A DNA stretch of 64,000 bases from Peribolospora baueri (Eukaryota). Below, in pieces: positions 22,033 through 35,200 of the stretch. Under the pieces are notes generated by a model. The model had not been told where the DNA came from. It made no database searches and saw only the letters and a program-made list of their open reading frames with translations. Both the position numbers and the translations under genes were made by a program. The stretch is taken from positions 1 to 64,000 of the forward strand of contig JAMDHS010000023.1 in assembly GCA_029717555.1 (NCBI GenBank). The letters run 5' to 3'. Each line of letters begins with the position of its first letter. Position 1 is the first letter of the stretch.

Positions 22033-22899
22033 TCGCTCGTTCTCCACGCAAACAAAAAGACGTGAACCGTGGCGACGTGCGACGAGGACGGCGATGAGTC
22101 TGGCGGTCTGGCGGTCTGGCGCTCCTGGCGGTGTCTGTATATGGCGAAGAAAGAGGAGGGAGACGATATGACGACGGCAATACGACAAGAAGGACCGGCG
22201 GGCAGGCTTGCTAGCTGGCTGGTTGTGTGGATCGGACGCGTTGCCGCAGCCGGGCCGCTGTCGTCCCTCTCCTTATTTACTGGCCCATTGTAATGAGCGT
22301 TGAAAACCTCGGCCACGCGTGTATTAGTATACTGCCGGCGTTTCCCTGTAGTGTACAGACAGCGCGGTATGTACATACTGTAGGGCCGGCACGTCACGTG
22401 CGCTGACCGCTTGCGCACGCTCGCGCACGCGGGCGCCCATGCTCGTGGATGACGAACTGGGAGCGAGAGAGCAGCGCGAAGAGAGGGGAAGAAGGACGGG
22501 GCTCGAGGCGTATCCTGTCCGCTTGTCAAGGATGGCGTAGAATGGAAAGGGAAAGGGTAGGAAGAAGCGACCGGGTGCAAAGATGGAGAATTCGAACGGC
22601 GGTCGACGACGCACCCTTGTCCTCGTTCTCGTCTGCTCTCGCGCACGCCTCGGCCGGTGAGCGGCCGAAGCACGTTCGTTCGGCTTTTCTTTCCTTCCTT
22701 TTTTTCTTGTTCTTTCTTTGCTTTCTCTCCAACTCGTCCCGCGTCAGCAAGCAGAGCGCTGAACTCTTGCGCCGTAGTTAGCGTCTGCCTGTTTGTCTGT
22801 GTGTGTCTGAGTCTGACTTGCTCGGCCACGCGCGCCTCCTGATCCGGTTCGCCCCGCCCGCCCGCCCGCCCGTCGCCGTCTCGTCTCGTCGCCACTCGC

Positions 22900-23940
22900 T
22901 CGTCACCGGACGCGCCCAACCCGCCCAGCCACCCATCCCTCCCTCCATCTCTCCCTCCTCTGACCCCATCCATCCCTCCATCCATCCATCCATCCCTCCC
23001 CTCTCAATCCAATCCTAACCCAACCTATTCCATCCCATCCCATCCCATCCATATCCATATCCATATCCATCCCTCCCTCCCGTCCTCCCTTGTTGTCCGC
23101 TTTTCTCCGTCCCTTCTCCCTCCTCGACCGCCCTCCCTCGTGTCTCGCGCCGCTCCCTCCCTTCCCTTCCCTCCCTCCCTCCCTATCCCTCCTCGCCCAT
23201 CTATCTCCTCGTCGTCCCACATCCCCGTCCTCCTCGACGCCGAGCCGATCCTCCCCTCCCCTCTCCAGCGCATGCACCCATCGCCCTCGCCCTCCGCCGG
23301 CTCGCCCTAACCTTCCGCCGGCTCCCTCCTCTTACTCCCCGACGCCACGAGGTTCGATTCCATCGTCGGCCTGCCTCCGTCCCGACTTCCCTTCCCCATT
23401 CTATCCTCCCTCTCTATCTCCCTTTCCGTCTCCGCCTCCCTCCGCTCGCGCCCTTCCCCTTCCCCCGTCCCGACCTCGTGTCCCCCCGCTTTCCTCGTCC
23501 CTTTCGGTGAGTTGTCCTCTCCCTCCCTCCTCTTCCCCGCCCTCCGTCCCGGCGTCCTCGACGCGACCCACGCCTGCATCCATCCATCCATCCGTCCATC
23601 CATCTATCCATCCATCTCTCTGTCCGCTATTTTCCCCTTCCCATCCTTCCCTCCTCGACGCTTCCTTCGACGCGTTTTCCTGTCGTGTCCTGTCGCGTCG
23701 TTTCGCGTCCGGACGGCGCGTTTTGATGGATGGATGACCATCACTGCTGACCCAGTCACCGCTATCTCCTCTTTCTCTTCTTTCCATGGTCCCTTCCCTC
23801 GCTTGCGCGATCGCGTGCCGCGCTCGTCCTCCTCTCCCTCGATCATCCTCCCTCCCCGCGTCGTTTTCCTCCTCGTCTTCTCGGCGCGTTTCCGCGTCTC
23901 GCCTCTCCCCCTCCTCTCTGCTCGCCCCCCTTTCACAGAC
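22900..23940 (+). repeat. Strand-asymmetric pyrimidine-rich low-complexity tract with (CCAT)n, (CCCT)n and (ATATCC)n microsatellites, probable SNF5 leader
   Basis: Visible directly; very few purine runs on the + strand. Confidence 0.75.
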
Positions 23941-24214
23941 GACGGTGACAGCGACAGCGACTTGGTTCGGCACCCTCCAGTCGGGCCCGTTCACCCTTCC
24001 TACCCCTCAGGCTCTCCAGCCGGGTAGTCGTCGCTAAACCGACCGAGCGAGCGGCACAGAGCGGGCGGATCGCGGTCGGTGACAAAAAAGAAAGAACGAG
24101 GGGTGGGAAAGAAAGGTCGCGGACGACGCCGGAACGCTTGTCCATCGCCTTTATCGCTTCGTACCGCTGGCCAGGCCTCGTAGCCGCGAATCGCCGCCCT
24201 CGCAGCATTTGGCG

Positions 24215-25183
24215 ATGAATGGAGCCGGGATGGGAGGCTTGAATGGGGCCATGCCTGGTTTGGCCGGTATGATCAACGGCAACATGAACGGGATGAGCGG
24301 CGTGAACGGGATGAACGGCGTAAACGGCGTGAACGGCATCAACGGTATGATGGCCGGCGGTATGGCTGGCAACAGCATACTCGACATGCAGGCCCTCGCC
24401 CAGCAGGGCCAGCAGCAGATGAACCCGCAACAGCAACACCAGCTGCTCCTCCAGAACCTCCGATTACAGCAGCAGCTCGCCGCCGCCCAGCAAGTCGCCA
24501 ACTCTCCCACACAGACCACCGGCGGCGCCGTCTCCAACCCTGTCTCCACGCCCATGTCCGCGGCGCCCATAGCTGCCAACATGCTCAAGGCCGGCCCAAT
24601 GGGTAGCCCTTACAACCCTCACCAGCAGCCCACGTCCGCCTCTCCGTTTCAGTTCAACGTCCAGGCCGGCATGAACGGTCTCCTTGGCGGCCTCCTCCCT
24701 GGTCAGCCGCCCCAACCACCTCCGTCGCCATCCCCAACTCGACCGGTCAGTTTTTCCGGTCCTCCCGCCAGCACGGCCAGCAGCGTCGGAACGCCGACCA
24801 TGGGTCACGCCGGCGTCTTCACCCCGGGTTCCGCCCCTGGTCCCATGGCTTCCTCCGCGTCTCCCGGCGTGTACACGCCGCAACCCACCGCGCAGCCCTC
24901 CAGCGCGCCTGGTCCCGCAACGGGTGCACCCCAACCACTGCCGACCCATCTCACTCCGAACCAACAGCGTCAGCTCATCCAGCGTTCCTTCCAGGTGGCC
25001 CGCGAGCGCGGAATACCACCACCTCAGGTGCTTGCGAGCATGGGCTACGTCTTCATCAAAGGTCCGCAGGTGGCCGCCGCCATGGGAGGCGGCGTCGGCG
25101 AGGGAGCCGTCGTACACATCTCTGTCGCTAAGCAGATGGGGTGGGCCGGCGCCGTCGCTCAGGCCCAAGCCCAGGCTCAAGCC

Positions 25184-25215
<32 letters not shown>

Positions 25216-25386
25216 AGCCCAGGCTCAGGCTCAAGCCCAGGCCCAGGCTCAGGCACCAGGGACCCCGCAGGTGCAAGCTCCGGGCCAAGGACAGAATCAG
25301 GGGCTGGCGACACCGCTGCAGCAGCTTCAACAACTTCACCACCTCCAGCAGCAGCAGCAACAGCTCTCGCAGCAACAGCAACAGCC

Positions 25387-25421
<35 letters not shown>

Positions 25422-28400
25422 TCTCGCAGCATCAGCAGTTGTTGCAGCAGCAGCACCAGCTCCAGCAGCATCAGCAGCAGGGACTGATGCGCCCCCCCGC
25501 GACCGCTCAGTCGCATCTTCAGAGCCAGGCTCAGTCACCTGTACCTGCGCGGACGCCGACTCCGGTCCAGCAACACGTTCAAATGCAGCAGCATGCTTTC
25601 GCCCAGCTCTTGCAGCAACAGCAGCAACAGCAGCAACAACAACAACAACAACAACAACAACAACGGTCTCGACAGCCCAGCCTGTCCGCTTCGCAGGCAT
25701 CTCTCGGCTCACCCGCCGCTCAGTCGCCCATGCGACCGCCCTCTGCACTGGGTCAGGAGATCCAGTCTCGCCGTCCAGGCACCAGCGCAGGCCCTGTTGG
25801 AAGTCCTGCTTCCTCCCCGGCGCAGCCTCCAGGCCCAAGACCCGGTCCCGCCCATCCCGTTTCCGCAACTCTGGTTTCTCAGGCTCAGCCGCAACCCGGG
25901 ATGCAACCTCAGCAGTCGACGGCGAGCGCTGCCGTCGCACCAGCGCAGGCAGCCTCGGCTGCTCTCGGCAGTCGAGCTGCGGCTCCCGTCGCTCCCGCGT
26001 TCGTGCCGCCCACCATGTCGAACGGCAAGCCGCTCAACCCCCTCACGACCAAAATCATGCCACTGCCGCTGGCGGGCGAGGCCGCCGGCGCTTCGACGTC
26101 CGTGTCCGTACCTTCGCTCTCGTCGCATGACGAGATCGTCCTGAAGGACTACATGGACCGCGACGCGGCGTACAGCGGCTTGATGGCGAGCCACCGCGCC
26201 GAGATGGAGGCCCAGCTGTCCTCTTGGCTCAACGACTTGCGCGCCGATGAGGCCAGACGCGGAAAGGATGCCCACTGGTGGGAGCGCGCCGAAGGCGAGG
26301 TTTACGACGAGGCCGCGCTCATCAGAGCGAGCGTCTCGGCGCGGGGCGGCTCGAGTGTCGCGCCGGACGGTTCCGGCGCTTTCCTCGCCGGCCTCAAAGT
26401 CATATGGCCCGCGGACAGGCGCAGGAACGGGGCGGTGGTGGGGGTGAAGAAGGAGATTAGCTTGTCGAAGGGGGAGATGAAGGCGGTGGCCAGGGAGAAA
26501 GAGGGCTTGGTACCCATACGCCTCGAGATCGATCACGAGGCCTGGAGGTTGAGGGACACCTTCACTTGGAACGAGTCCGGTGAGCGACGGTTTGCGTTGC
26601 TCGTTTCTGTGTTTGTCTTGCTACTCGGCTGCGGTTCGAAACTGACAGCTCTACTTTCCTCTTGCCTTAATCCCCTTTGTTTCACAGACCCTCACATCAC
26701 GCCCGAGACCTTTGCCGCGATCGTCTGCGAGGACTTTGGCCTACCCGCCAACTTTTTCGTACCGGCCATCGCCAGGGCTGTGCAGGAGCAGGTGGCTGAC
26801 TACCGCACCAACGTCAAGCCGTGCGCTCACTTTGCAAAGCGCTCCAAGGCCATCGCCGTCGCGGCTGGTTTGGCTCCCAAGGACACTCGGATGACGCTCG
26901 GCGGCGGCAAGGGCAAGATGAGGGAGGAGGACGACGGCTGGTGGACGCGGTTCCGGGTGCGGGCGCTGGAGGAGGAGGATCGATTACTCGGTGGGGGTAA
27001 GAAGAAGCGCAAGCGCATGGGCAAGGGCGCGGACGGAGGGAGGCTTCGCGTGACGGCTGTTTCCAAGTTCGCCGACGACATGGACATTGACAGCGAGCTG
27101 GATCGCCCCGTGTCCCTGGACGATGCGTTCCCCGTCCCGCCTGGCATCGACGACGAACTGCGAGTGCTGATTAAGCTCGACATCACCGTCGGCAGCATGA
27201 ACCTCGTCGATCAATTCGAGTGGGATGTCAATGACCAGCACAACAGTCCGGAACAGTTCGCCGAGGTCTTTGCCGCCGATCTCGGCCTGCCGGGCGAGTT
27301 TCGGACGGCGATCGCACACTCGATTCGGGAGCAGTGTCAGATCTACCTCAAGTCGCTTTTCCTTGTCGGCCATCCCTTCGACGGCACGCCCGTCCTGGAC
27401 GACGACCTCCGTACCGCTTTCCTGCCCTCTGTCTCTGTCGTTTTCCGAGGCGACGACATCGTGGAGGACTACACGCCCAAGCTGAACGCGTTCACCGAGG
27501 CCGACATCGAGCGCATGGAGAAGGACCGCGAGAGGGAGGCGCGGAGGAAGCGGAGGCAGACGAAGGGCCGCAGAGGCATCCAATTGCCGGACCGCGACGC
27601 GCCCAAGACGCATCGCACTCCGGCCATGGTCCAGACGCTGTCGTACGATATCAATGGCAACCCTGTCACCTCGTTCGCCGGCGCTGGTCTCTCCTCTGGC
27701 TCCATGTCTGTCGGTAACTCGTTCGGCGGGCCGAACACCAGGCGCGCAGCCGCGGCCGCGGCGTCGGCGAGCATCGCGGCCAACGTCGCTGGTGACATTT
27801 ACGGCTCTGCCACGCCGCCCGCCGAGGCCGCCGTCCGACAGCTCAACGGGCGAGCGAGCAAACGGCAGCGGCTCAACAACCACGCCCCGCACTTTCTCCA
27901 GCTTCGCACTTCGGCCACGCCCCGCGGCAGCCCCGGCCCGAACTTTGTGCCGCACGCCGATTCGCCCGCGTCCTACATCGTCTCCACTGGCTTGCTCGGC
28001 GACCGTCCCCGTTCTCCCGCTCCGACGGCGTCGGGCGGCGCCGGTGGTGCGGCTGCCTCCGGATCTGCGCCAGGCAACCTACCTTCCTCGTCCACCCCTT
28101 CGGCCGCGATGACCGCCAAAGCTGCGGCCGCTGCGCGTCACAAGGAGGAGCTCGAGGGTCAGCATCCGTTCATCATCGACGGCCAGTGGTACTGCTCTAA
28201 CTGCGGTGTGCCGGGTACGATCGCCGTCGGCAGGAGGAAGGGGCCGATGGGCGACAAGTCGCTTTGTGGGCCTTGCGGTGAGTTTATCTTTTCCCGTCGT
28301 TTGGTGATCGGGTTGTTTCGTTTTACTGATTGCATCGGCTCACAACACATGTGTGTGTGTGTGTGTGTGTCTGCCTTCGTTCGGCATCGTACAGGCAAGT

Positions 28401-29269
28401 TCTACCATCGTCATCGCCGGAACCGCCCTTGCGAGTACAGCCGTGACCCAGACTTTCACATTCAACTCGCCTCGGGAGAGAAAAAAGTCGCGAACGTCTC
28501 CAAGGATGAGGCGGTCGCCGAAGGTGGCGGTGGAGCCGAGGGTAAGCAAGGCGGCGAAAGCAAGGTGGCGGGAGGGGGCGGAGAGAAGGAAGAGAAGAAG
28601 AGCGAGACGGACGCTGCGGAGGTGGAGACCACGGAGGAAGACGCTCGGAAGGAGAAGGAAGAAGACGATGACAAGCCTTCTTCGCCCATGACAAGTTCCA
28701 AGCGGGCTGGCTCGCCGGATCTGCCTTACGAGGAGGTCGGCTCGCCAGACAGCTCGGACTCGGAACGCTCGCCTTCGACCCAGCCTGCGCGCAATCGCCT
28801 GGCGCTCAGGGCGCCCAACGGAGTGACCAAAAAGTCCACTTCGCCCGTCAAGATCGAACCTGCGAAGCCGACCGCGGCGCAGCAGCCTTCTGCGCACGCG
28901 CTCTCTCCGGGTTCTCCGCCTCCGCCGCCACCGGCCTGGCTGGAGGAGTGCGCGGCGGCCATGCGTGCGCGCTACACTCACGAATGGTTTGACATCGTCG
29001 TCCGACCGCGACCGACGGGCTCGACAGACCCGCCTCCGGCGACACCCGAGTGGCGGATCCGGTGCAACGACTGCCCCGGAAAGCTCTACACCCCGGGCCC
29101 CGCCGAGAGCTTGACCAACTTTGAGATCCACCTCCGCAATCGGAACCATCGGAGCAACGTCGAGAGACGTGTCGGGCCCGCCACGTACAGGGCCGCATTG
29201 GCCGCCGCCACCACCACCACCTCCTCCTCCTCCGCCACCGCCGCTTCAGGCCATACTTCGACGACCTAA
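24215..29269 (+). CDS. SNF5: SWI/SNF subunit Snf5 with Q/QA-rich N-terminus, SNF5 repeats and two Zn-finger motifs (introns 26580-26687, 28278-28394)
   Basis: LVPIRLEIDHEAWRLRDTFTWN/DPHITPETFAAIVCEDF; LRVLIKLDITVGSMNLVDQFEWD...SPEQFAEVFAADLGLPGEFRTAIAHSIREQ; coiled coil EKDREREARRKRRQT. The start codon is uncertain. Confidence 0.93.
25157..25663 (+). repeat. Coding (Ala-Gln)n hexamer repeat (25157-25255) and polyQ tracts (about 25318-25480 and 25613-25663) in SNF5
   Basis: GCT/GCC-CAG/CAA runs, then (CAG)n and (CAA)n runs. Confidence 0.95.
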
Positions 29270-29871
29270 TCTGGCGCGCTCAGGCCGAAATGCGGCGCCG
29301 AGCCGAGCCTGGGTCTCGCCGGCTGCGACCTCCATCCCACTGCTCCTCGATGTCATGTTCGTTTCGCCTCGTGCCCCCGCTCCGTCATCCACAGTCCGTC
29401 CCCTGTCTCTCTTGGCCTCATCTCCACCGTCGTCTCGTGCAAGCAAGCCCTGCCCCTTGTAGGTCTCCGCCGCGTATTCCGTAGCACCCTTTCTCTCCTC
29501 CATCTCGCGCACATTCGGTCGTCTTTCTCCTCCATTCCAATTTTCCCTGCTCCGCTTGTTCTCCCATCGTATCGTTTCGGTTCCCCGGGTTCCAGCCATC
29601 TGTTTCGCTTTTTTGCTCGTCCTCTAAGTGTTCTTTTCCGTGTTGGTTTTTTCTTTCGTCGTCGCCTTTGTCAGTCGGTAGCGGTGAACGAATGCAACCT
29701 GTTGGTGTTTTTTCCTGCTGGATTGATGCGACAGGAGCATGACGGCGCAGCGTAACCCTAATCGGGCGCGGCGGTCGACGATCCTCCGATCGCGATGGCT
29801 GATCACACTTAACAGACGAACATCCCTCTCCTCTTTCTCCAACCTATCCTGCCATCACCGTCACCATCACC

Positions 29872-31712
29872 ATGGGCGCCCTCCTCTCCATACCCTTATT
29901 CGCAGGTGGCATAGGCACCACCATCGCCTCCTCATGCCTTGCGGGCGCCGCTTTCTTTTGCACAAGTACCGCCGCGAGCGCGTTTTGTAAGAGTTGTAAT
30001 TGTAATTCATCGATTGCCACTCGTGTCGGGTTTGCTGTGGGTAAAAACCTCTCCTCTAATCTTAAATAGACTCTTTGGGATGTTTTCTCTGTTGCTGATG
30101 ATGGCCCTTCTGATCCTTCCGATGCTTGCTTCTGCAGATCATATTCTGTCTGGACGCCCTGCTGGCATGGCTCTCGCTCACCTCGTTCGTCGCCCACAAG
30201 ATCGACGAGTGGTCGTACGGCTACCTCAAGATGGATTGCAAGGGCGACAAGTGCTATGGCGTCCTGGCCGTTCACCGGATCACCTTTGCCCTCGCCCTCT
30301 TCCACATTTTTCTCGGTCTGCTCCTCATCGGCGTCAAGGATACCCGGACCAAGCGCGCGGCCATCCAGAACGGCTGGTGGGGCCCCAAGCTGCTCGCTTG
30401 GATCGCCCTCGTCGTCGTCTCCTTCTTCATTCCCAACGGCTTTTTCATCTTTTGGGCCAACTATGTGTCCCTTATCGCTGCCACCATCTTCATTGGCATC
30501 GGCCTCGTCTTGCTCGTCGACTTTGCCCACACCTGGTCGGAGACGTGTCTCGACAAGTGGGAGGAGACGGATAGCACGTTCTGGAAGGTCACCCTGATCG
30601 GCTCCACGCTCGCCATGTACGCCGTGGCGATCGCCGTGACCGGCGTCCTGTATGCTTTTTTTGCCGGCAACGGGTGCACGCTTAACCAGTTCTTCATCAG
30701 CTTCAACCTCGCCCTCTGCGCCGTGCTCACCGTCCTGTCCATCGCTCCCGCCGTCCAAGAAGCAAACCCTCGGTCGGGATTGGCACAGAGCAGCATGGTG
30801 GCCGCTTACTGCACCTACCTCACCGCCAGCGCCGTCATGAATTACGACGACGAGGCATGTAACCCGATAACACGTGGCAGGGCGCAGGGCACGAAGACCA
30901 CCACCGTCGTCCTCGGCGCCATCTTCACCTTCCTCGCCATCGCTTACTCCACCACGCGCGCCGCGACGCAGAGCCGCGCGCTGGTGGGTAAAGCCAAGAG
31001 GGCACGAAATGCTGCGGCCCCGCCTGCCGGATACGGGCCTCTGGCGACGAACGAGGACGGTGCGCCCGTGGTCGCCAGCCAGCCCACCCGCAAGGACAGT
31101 CTGCGCATTCAGGCACTCATGGCTGCCGTCGAAGCGGGGTGAGTTGGGATTCTTGACGTCGCCTCTGCCGGTGCTTTTTTTCCTGTCACTGACAACGTAC
31201 GATGGCGTTGCTTTTCCCCCTTTTCTTTTTTTTTTTTTTTTTTTCCCTTCAGCGCCATCCCAGCCTCCGCCCTCGACGAGGAGGACTCGGACGACGAGTC
31301 CATAGACGGCGAGGGCGGCGCGGACGACCACGATGACGAACGAACGGGTACAAAGTACAACTACTCCTTTTTCCATTTTGTATTCGCCATGGCGGCTTGC
31401 TACACCGCAATGTTGTTGACTGACTGGTGAGTTTTCCGGCTATTCGGGGATGTACGGTCGGCCACCCCTTAGATAGGTGAACTGATCGCCTCTTCCGCGG
31501 GCCCGCACAGGAAAATTGTCGGCACTCGTCCCGTGGACGCGCCCCCCGGCCACGACGGAGACATTGACGGCACCGGCGGTCAATTCGTCTTCATCGGCCG
31601 ATCACAAACGGCCATGTGGATGCGCGTCGTGAGCTCGTGGGTGTGCATCGCGATGTACACCTGGACGCTCATCGCACCCGTCTTGCTACCGGATCGGTTC
31701 GGAAGTATTTAA
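29872..31712 (+). CDS. TMS1: Serine incorporator (SERINC/TMS1) membrane protein, 4 exons
   Basis: MGALLSIP, CKSCNCNSSIATR, CYGVLAVHRI, RAAIQNGWWGPK, LVLLVDFAHTWSE, NPRSGLAQSSMVAAYCTYLTASA, YNYSFFHFVF, MYTWTLIAPVLLPDRF. Confidence 0.95.
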
Positions 31713-32043
31713 GCCCAAAGAAGGGGAGCGTGCCTCGTACGGCCCGACCTGAGCGGGAGGACGGCCCAGTTGTGATTGTTGCCCTGTCTGTCATTTTGTT
31801 TCTGCTTGTCGCCCGTGTCGCCGTCTGTACTCTTAGTCGTGTTCCTGCTAGTGTGAATTGATCCAACTTGTTGTCTTTCCCCCGTCTGTCCAGAGGTTCC
31901 TTCGTTTGCGAGCGTGCGTCGATTTGGCGGCGGTAGCTTTGTCAAGTGCTTTGGCTTTGTGGCCACGTCCAGGGATCGGACCTTTGCGGGCTTCTCGATG
32001 GCCGCTCAAGAAGGAAGGGGCGTTCTCGTTTGTTGCGCGACCC

Positions 32044-32062
32044 CACGTGATCATTGCACGTG
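32044..32062. promoter_or_regulatory. Paired CACGTG (E-box/ACGT-core) motifs about 200 bp upstream of DRS2
   Basis: CACGTG at 32044-32049 and 32057-32062; function inferred only. Confidence 0.35.
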
Positions 32063-32262
32063 CAGCGCCGCAGCGGATCTGGCTACCCGTCACGATGGGC
32101 TGACCTGAGCGAAGGTGACAGTGGCAGCATATATTTCCTCGTCCTCACCTCTCTCCCTCTTCCCTACCAAGACTTTTTCCCTCCGCTGTCTTTCCTTGGA
32201 AGAGCAACGAACGCCCCAGCATCCCCCGTCTTGCCGGAGGCGTCTAGTTCACTTGGTTAAAC

Positions 32263-35200
32263 ATGGACGACTTTGACGATTTCGTTTCACGACCCAACGA
32301 ACATCACCACACTCAAGACCCTTTCGCCGACGTCGCGCAGACCCATGCGACGGCGACGGCGGGCGCACACACCGGCCTTGCGCCTCGGCAGAACCACAGC
32401 TTGATTGATGCGGACGATGACGACACGCCTAATTTCTACTCCATCGGAGGAGACGAGGACGACGATGACCCCGTTCTCATCACGCCGCACTCCGGAGCTC
32501 CCATCGCCGGCCGCCCTCCGTCACCGGGCGTTGCTTCGATAGCAACTTATGATACCTCTCGTCTAGGTGCCCCGCGAACAGATGTTTTTGGCACTTCAGA
32601 CCCAGCCCTCATGGGCTCAATGGAGTCCGGTCTTGCGTTGGCCAGCGCCGGAGCCATGCCGGCCGGGTACTCGAACGGCGGCGGTGCGGCGACGAACCCG
32701 TTCGGCGATGCGGATTCGCTGTCGGGCAATTTCAAAAGCATAGAGGCCGACGACGAGGACGGGCTGGGTGGAAGGCCTGGTCCGCATGGCCAATGGGTGT
32801 ACGACGACTACGAGCAACCGCCCTTGGCGGTGGGAGGCAGGGCTCCGTGGTCGCAGAAGAAGCGGAAGAGCGTAAAGCCTTCGAGCCGGTTACCGGGCGA
32901 TAGCCGTTTTGAAGGCTTCAAACGCACCATCAGAAATGCCTGGCCGTCGAGGTCGAGCAAGGTGCAAGTGGGGGAGAGGACGGTTTATATCAATAAGATG
33001 GACGCAAACGAGTTGGAGCGGTTTTGTGACAACTCCGTCAGCACCTCAAAGTATAATATCGTCACTTTCTTGCCCAAATTCCTGGCAGGTGAGTTATATC
33101 GCTCCGTTCATTCCCACCCGTGTATCTTCTCCTGTCCGGCAGCAGCACTGATCGTTTGACGCCCTTCCCATCTCGCTCGGCCCACGATCCGTCAGAGCAA
33201 TTTAGCAAGTACGCGAACTTGTTCTTCCTCTTTACCGCCGCCATCCAGCAGATCCCCAATGTCTCGCCGACGAACCGATGGACGACGATCGTTCCTCTTG
33301 GTATCGTCCTGCTCGCGTCTGCGTTCAAGGAGACGCAAGAGGATTTGGTGGGTTCGCCGAGTTTGCGGAGCGCCGAGCATTACTCCAGCTTCCTTCAGCA
33401 GAATTCAATGTCTCACTCCCTCTCCGTCTCCGCCTCCTCTTTGTCCAGAAACGCCACCAATCCGACGCCGAGCTGAACGCACGTTTAACGCAAGTCCTCA
33501 ACCCGTCCACGGGCGCGTTCGAGCAGCGGCGGTGGCGAAACGTGCGCGTCGGCGACATTGTGCGAGTGGAGAACGACGACTTCTTCCCCGCCGACCTCGT
33601 CCTCCTTAGCAGCTCTGAACCAGAAGGACTGTGCTACACCGAAACGAGCAATCTTGACGGGTGAGTAGGCGCGCCCCTGGCGTTCAAGGTTAACCCGCCT
33701 GACGCACGTGTCGCGTCTCTTTTCCACATCAGCGAGACGAACCTCAAGATCAAGCAAGCCTCTCCCGACACCTCTCGCCTCACTTCCGCGTCCTCAGTCG
33801 TAGCCCTGTCCGGCGTGCTCAAGTCCGAGCAGCCGAACAATAGCCTCTATACTTTTGACGCCACCCTTCACATTCAGCTGTCGTCGACGCCCGGTTTCTC
33901 GGGCGTCCCGGAGAAGAAGATTCCCTTGGACCCGAGTCAGCTGCTCCTCCGTGGCGCTCAGTTGAGAAATACGAACTGGGTGTACGGGCTCGTCGTATTT
34001 ACTGGCCATGAGACCAAGTTGATGCGCAACGCGACGTGAGTGGCGTTCATCTACCTTATGACCGTTCGTTCCCATCGAAAGAATGGCTGGCTGACGTAGG
34101 TTCGGTCATCTCGCCCTGATGATGCACACAGTGCTGCTCCGATCAAGCGAACAGCCGTCGAGCGCGAGGTCAATGTCCAGATCATCTTCCTCTTCATCAT
34201 CCTCCTCGCCCTTTCCATCGCCACTTCCATCGGAGCGGTGATTCGAAATGTGAGTAGCCGCTGTGCGTGCCCATGTGCCGACATCCATGCTGATTTCGCT
34301 CGACTGATCTTCTCCATCTGTCTCTCTCCTCACACAGTCCGTGTACGCCAATGAGATGTGGTACCTTCTCCTCTCCAGCGATTCCCAATCAAAGGCGCGA
34401 ATCTTCATTGAAGACATCCTCACGTCTATCATCCTGTACAACAACCTCATTCCCATCTCGTGAGTGGTAGACGGCTCGACGGTCACCTTTCTTGAGTTTC
34501 TTCCCAGCTTAACGCCCCTCGGTCGCCGTATTCAGGCTCATCGTGACAATGGAGGTGGTCAAGTTCCAGCAAGCACTCCTCATCAACTCGGACCTAGACA
34601 TGTACTACGCGCCCACTGACACGCCCGCGCTCTGCCGAACGTCGAGCCTAGTCGAAGAGCTTGGGCAGATAGAGTTCATCTTTTCAGACAAGACCGGTAC
34701 GCTTACCCGGAACGAAATGGAGTTTAAACAGTGCTCCATCGGCGGGGTGGCGTACGCCGAAACCATCGACGATGGCAAGTTTGGCGACAGCGAGTTCGGC
34801 CCAGATGGCACGGAAGGTGGCCTGCATCGTACTTTTGCGGAAATGGACGCCTTGTTGGAGGGTACCATTCCCGACGACGGAACGGCTGCGGTCGTGGACG
34901 AGTTTTTGGTCCTGTTGGCAGTTTGTCACACCGTGATCCCGGAGAGGAAGGATGAGAAGATCGTCTTCCAGGCTTCCAGCCCCGACGAAGCCGCTCTGGT
35001 TGCAGGCGCTCAGGAGTTGGGTTACCAGTTTACGGTGAGTGGCTGGAGCTTTGTCCGACTCGTACAGTTTACCGATCAGAGGCGTGTCCCATCGCTTATC
35101 TTTGCTTTTGCATGCCGGCAGGTTCGAAAGCCGCGCTCAGTGTTCGTCGACATTCGCGGAATGGAGAAAGAATATGAGATCCTCAACGTGTGCGAGTTCA

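Noticed and set aside
23345..23370. GGTTCGATTCC, resembling a tRNA T-loop or Pol III B-box
   Set aside because: No acceptor stem, D-arm or A-box; the T-stem is imperfect.
22029..23994. Long G/R/P/S-rich ORFs between ERD2 and SNF5
   Set aside because: Explained by microsatellites and purine/pyrimidine strand asymmetry.
24464..27955. Several long alternative-frame and antisense ORFs (poly-L, poly-A, poly-S)
   Set aside because: By-products of the SNF5 CAG/GCT repeats and codon bias.
29844..31376. 510-aa minus-strand ORF
   Set aside because: Antisense shadow of TMS1.
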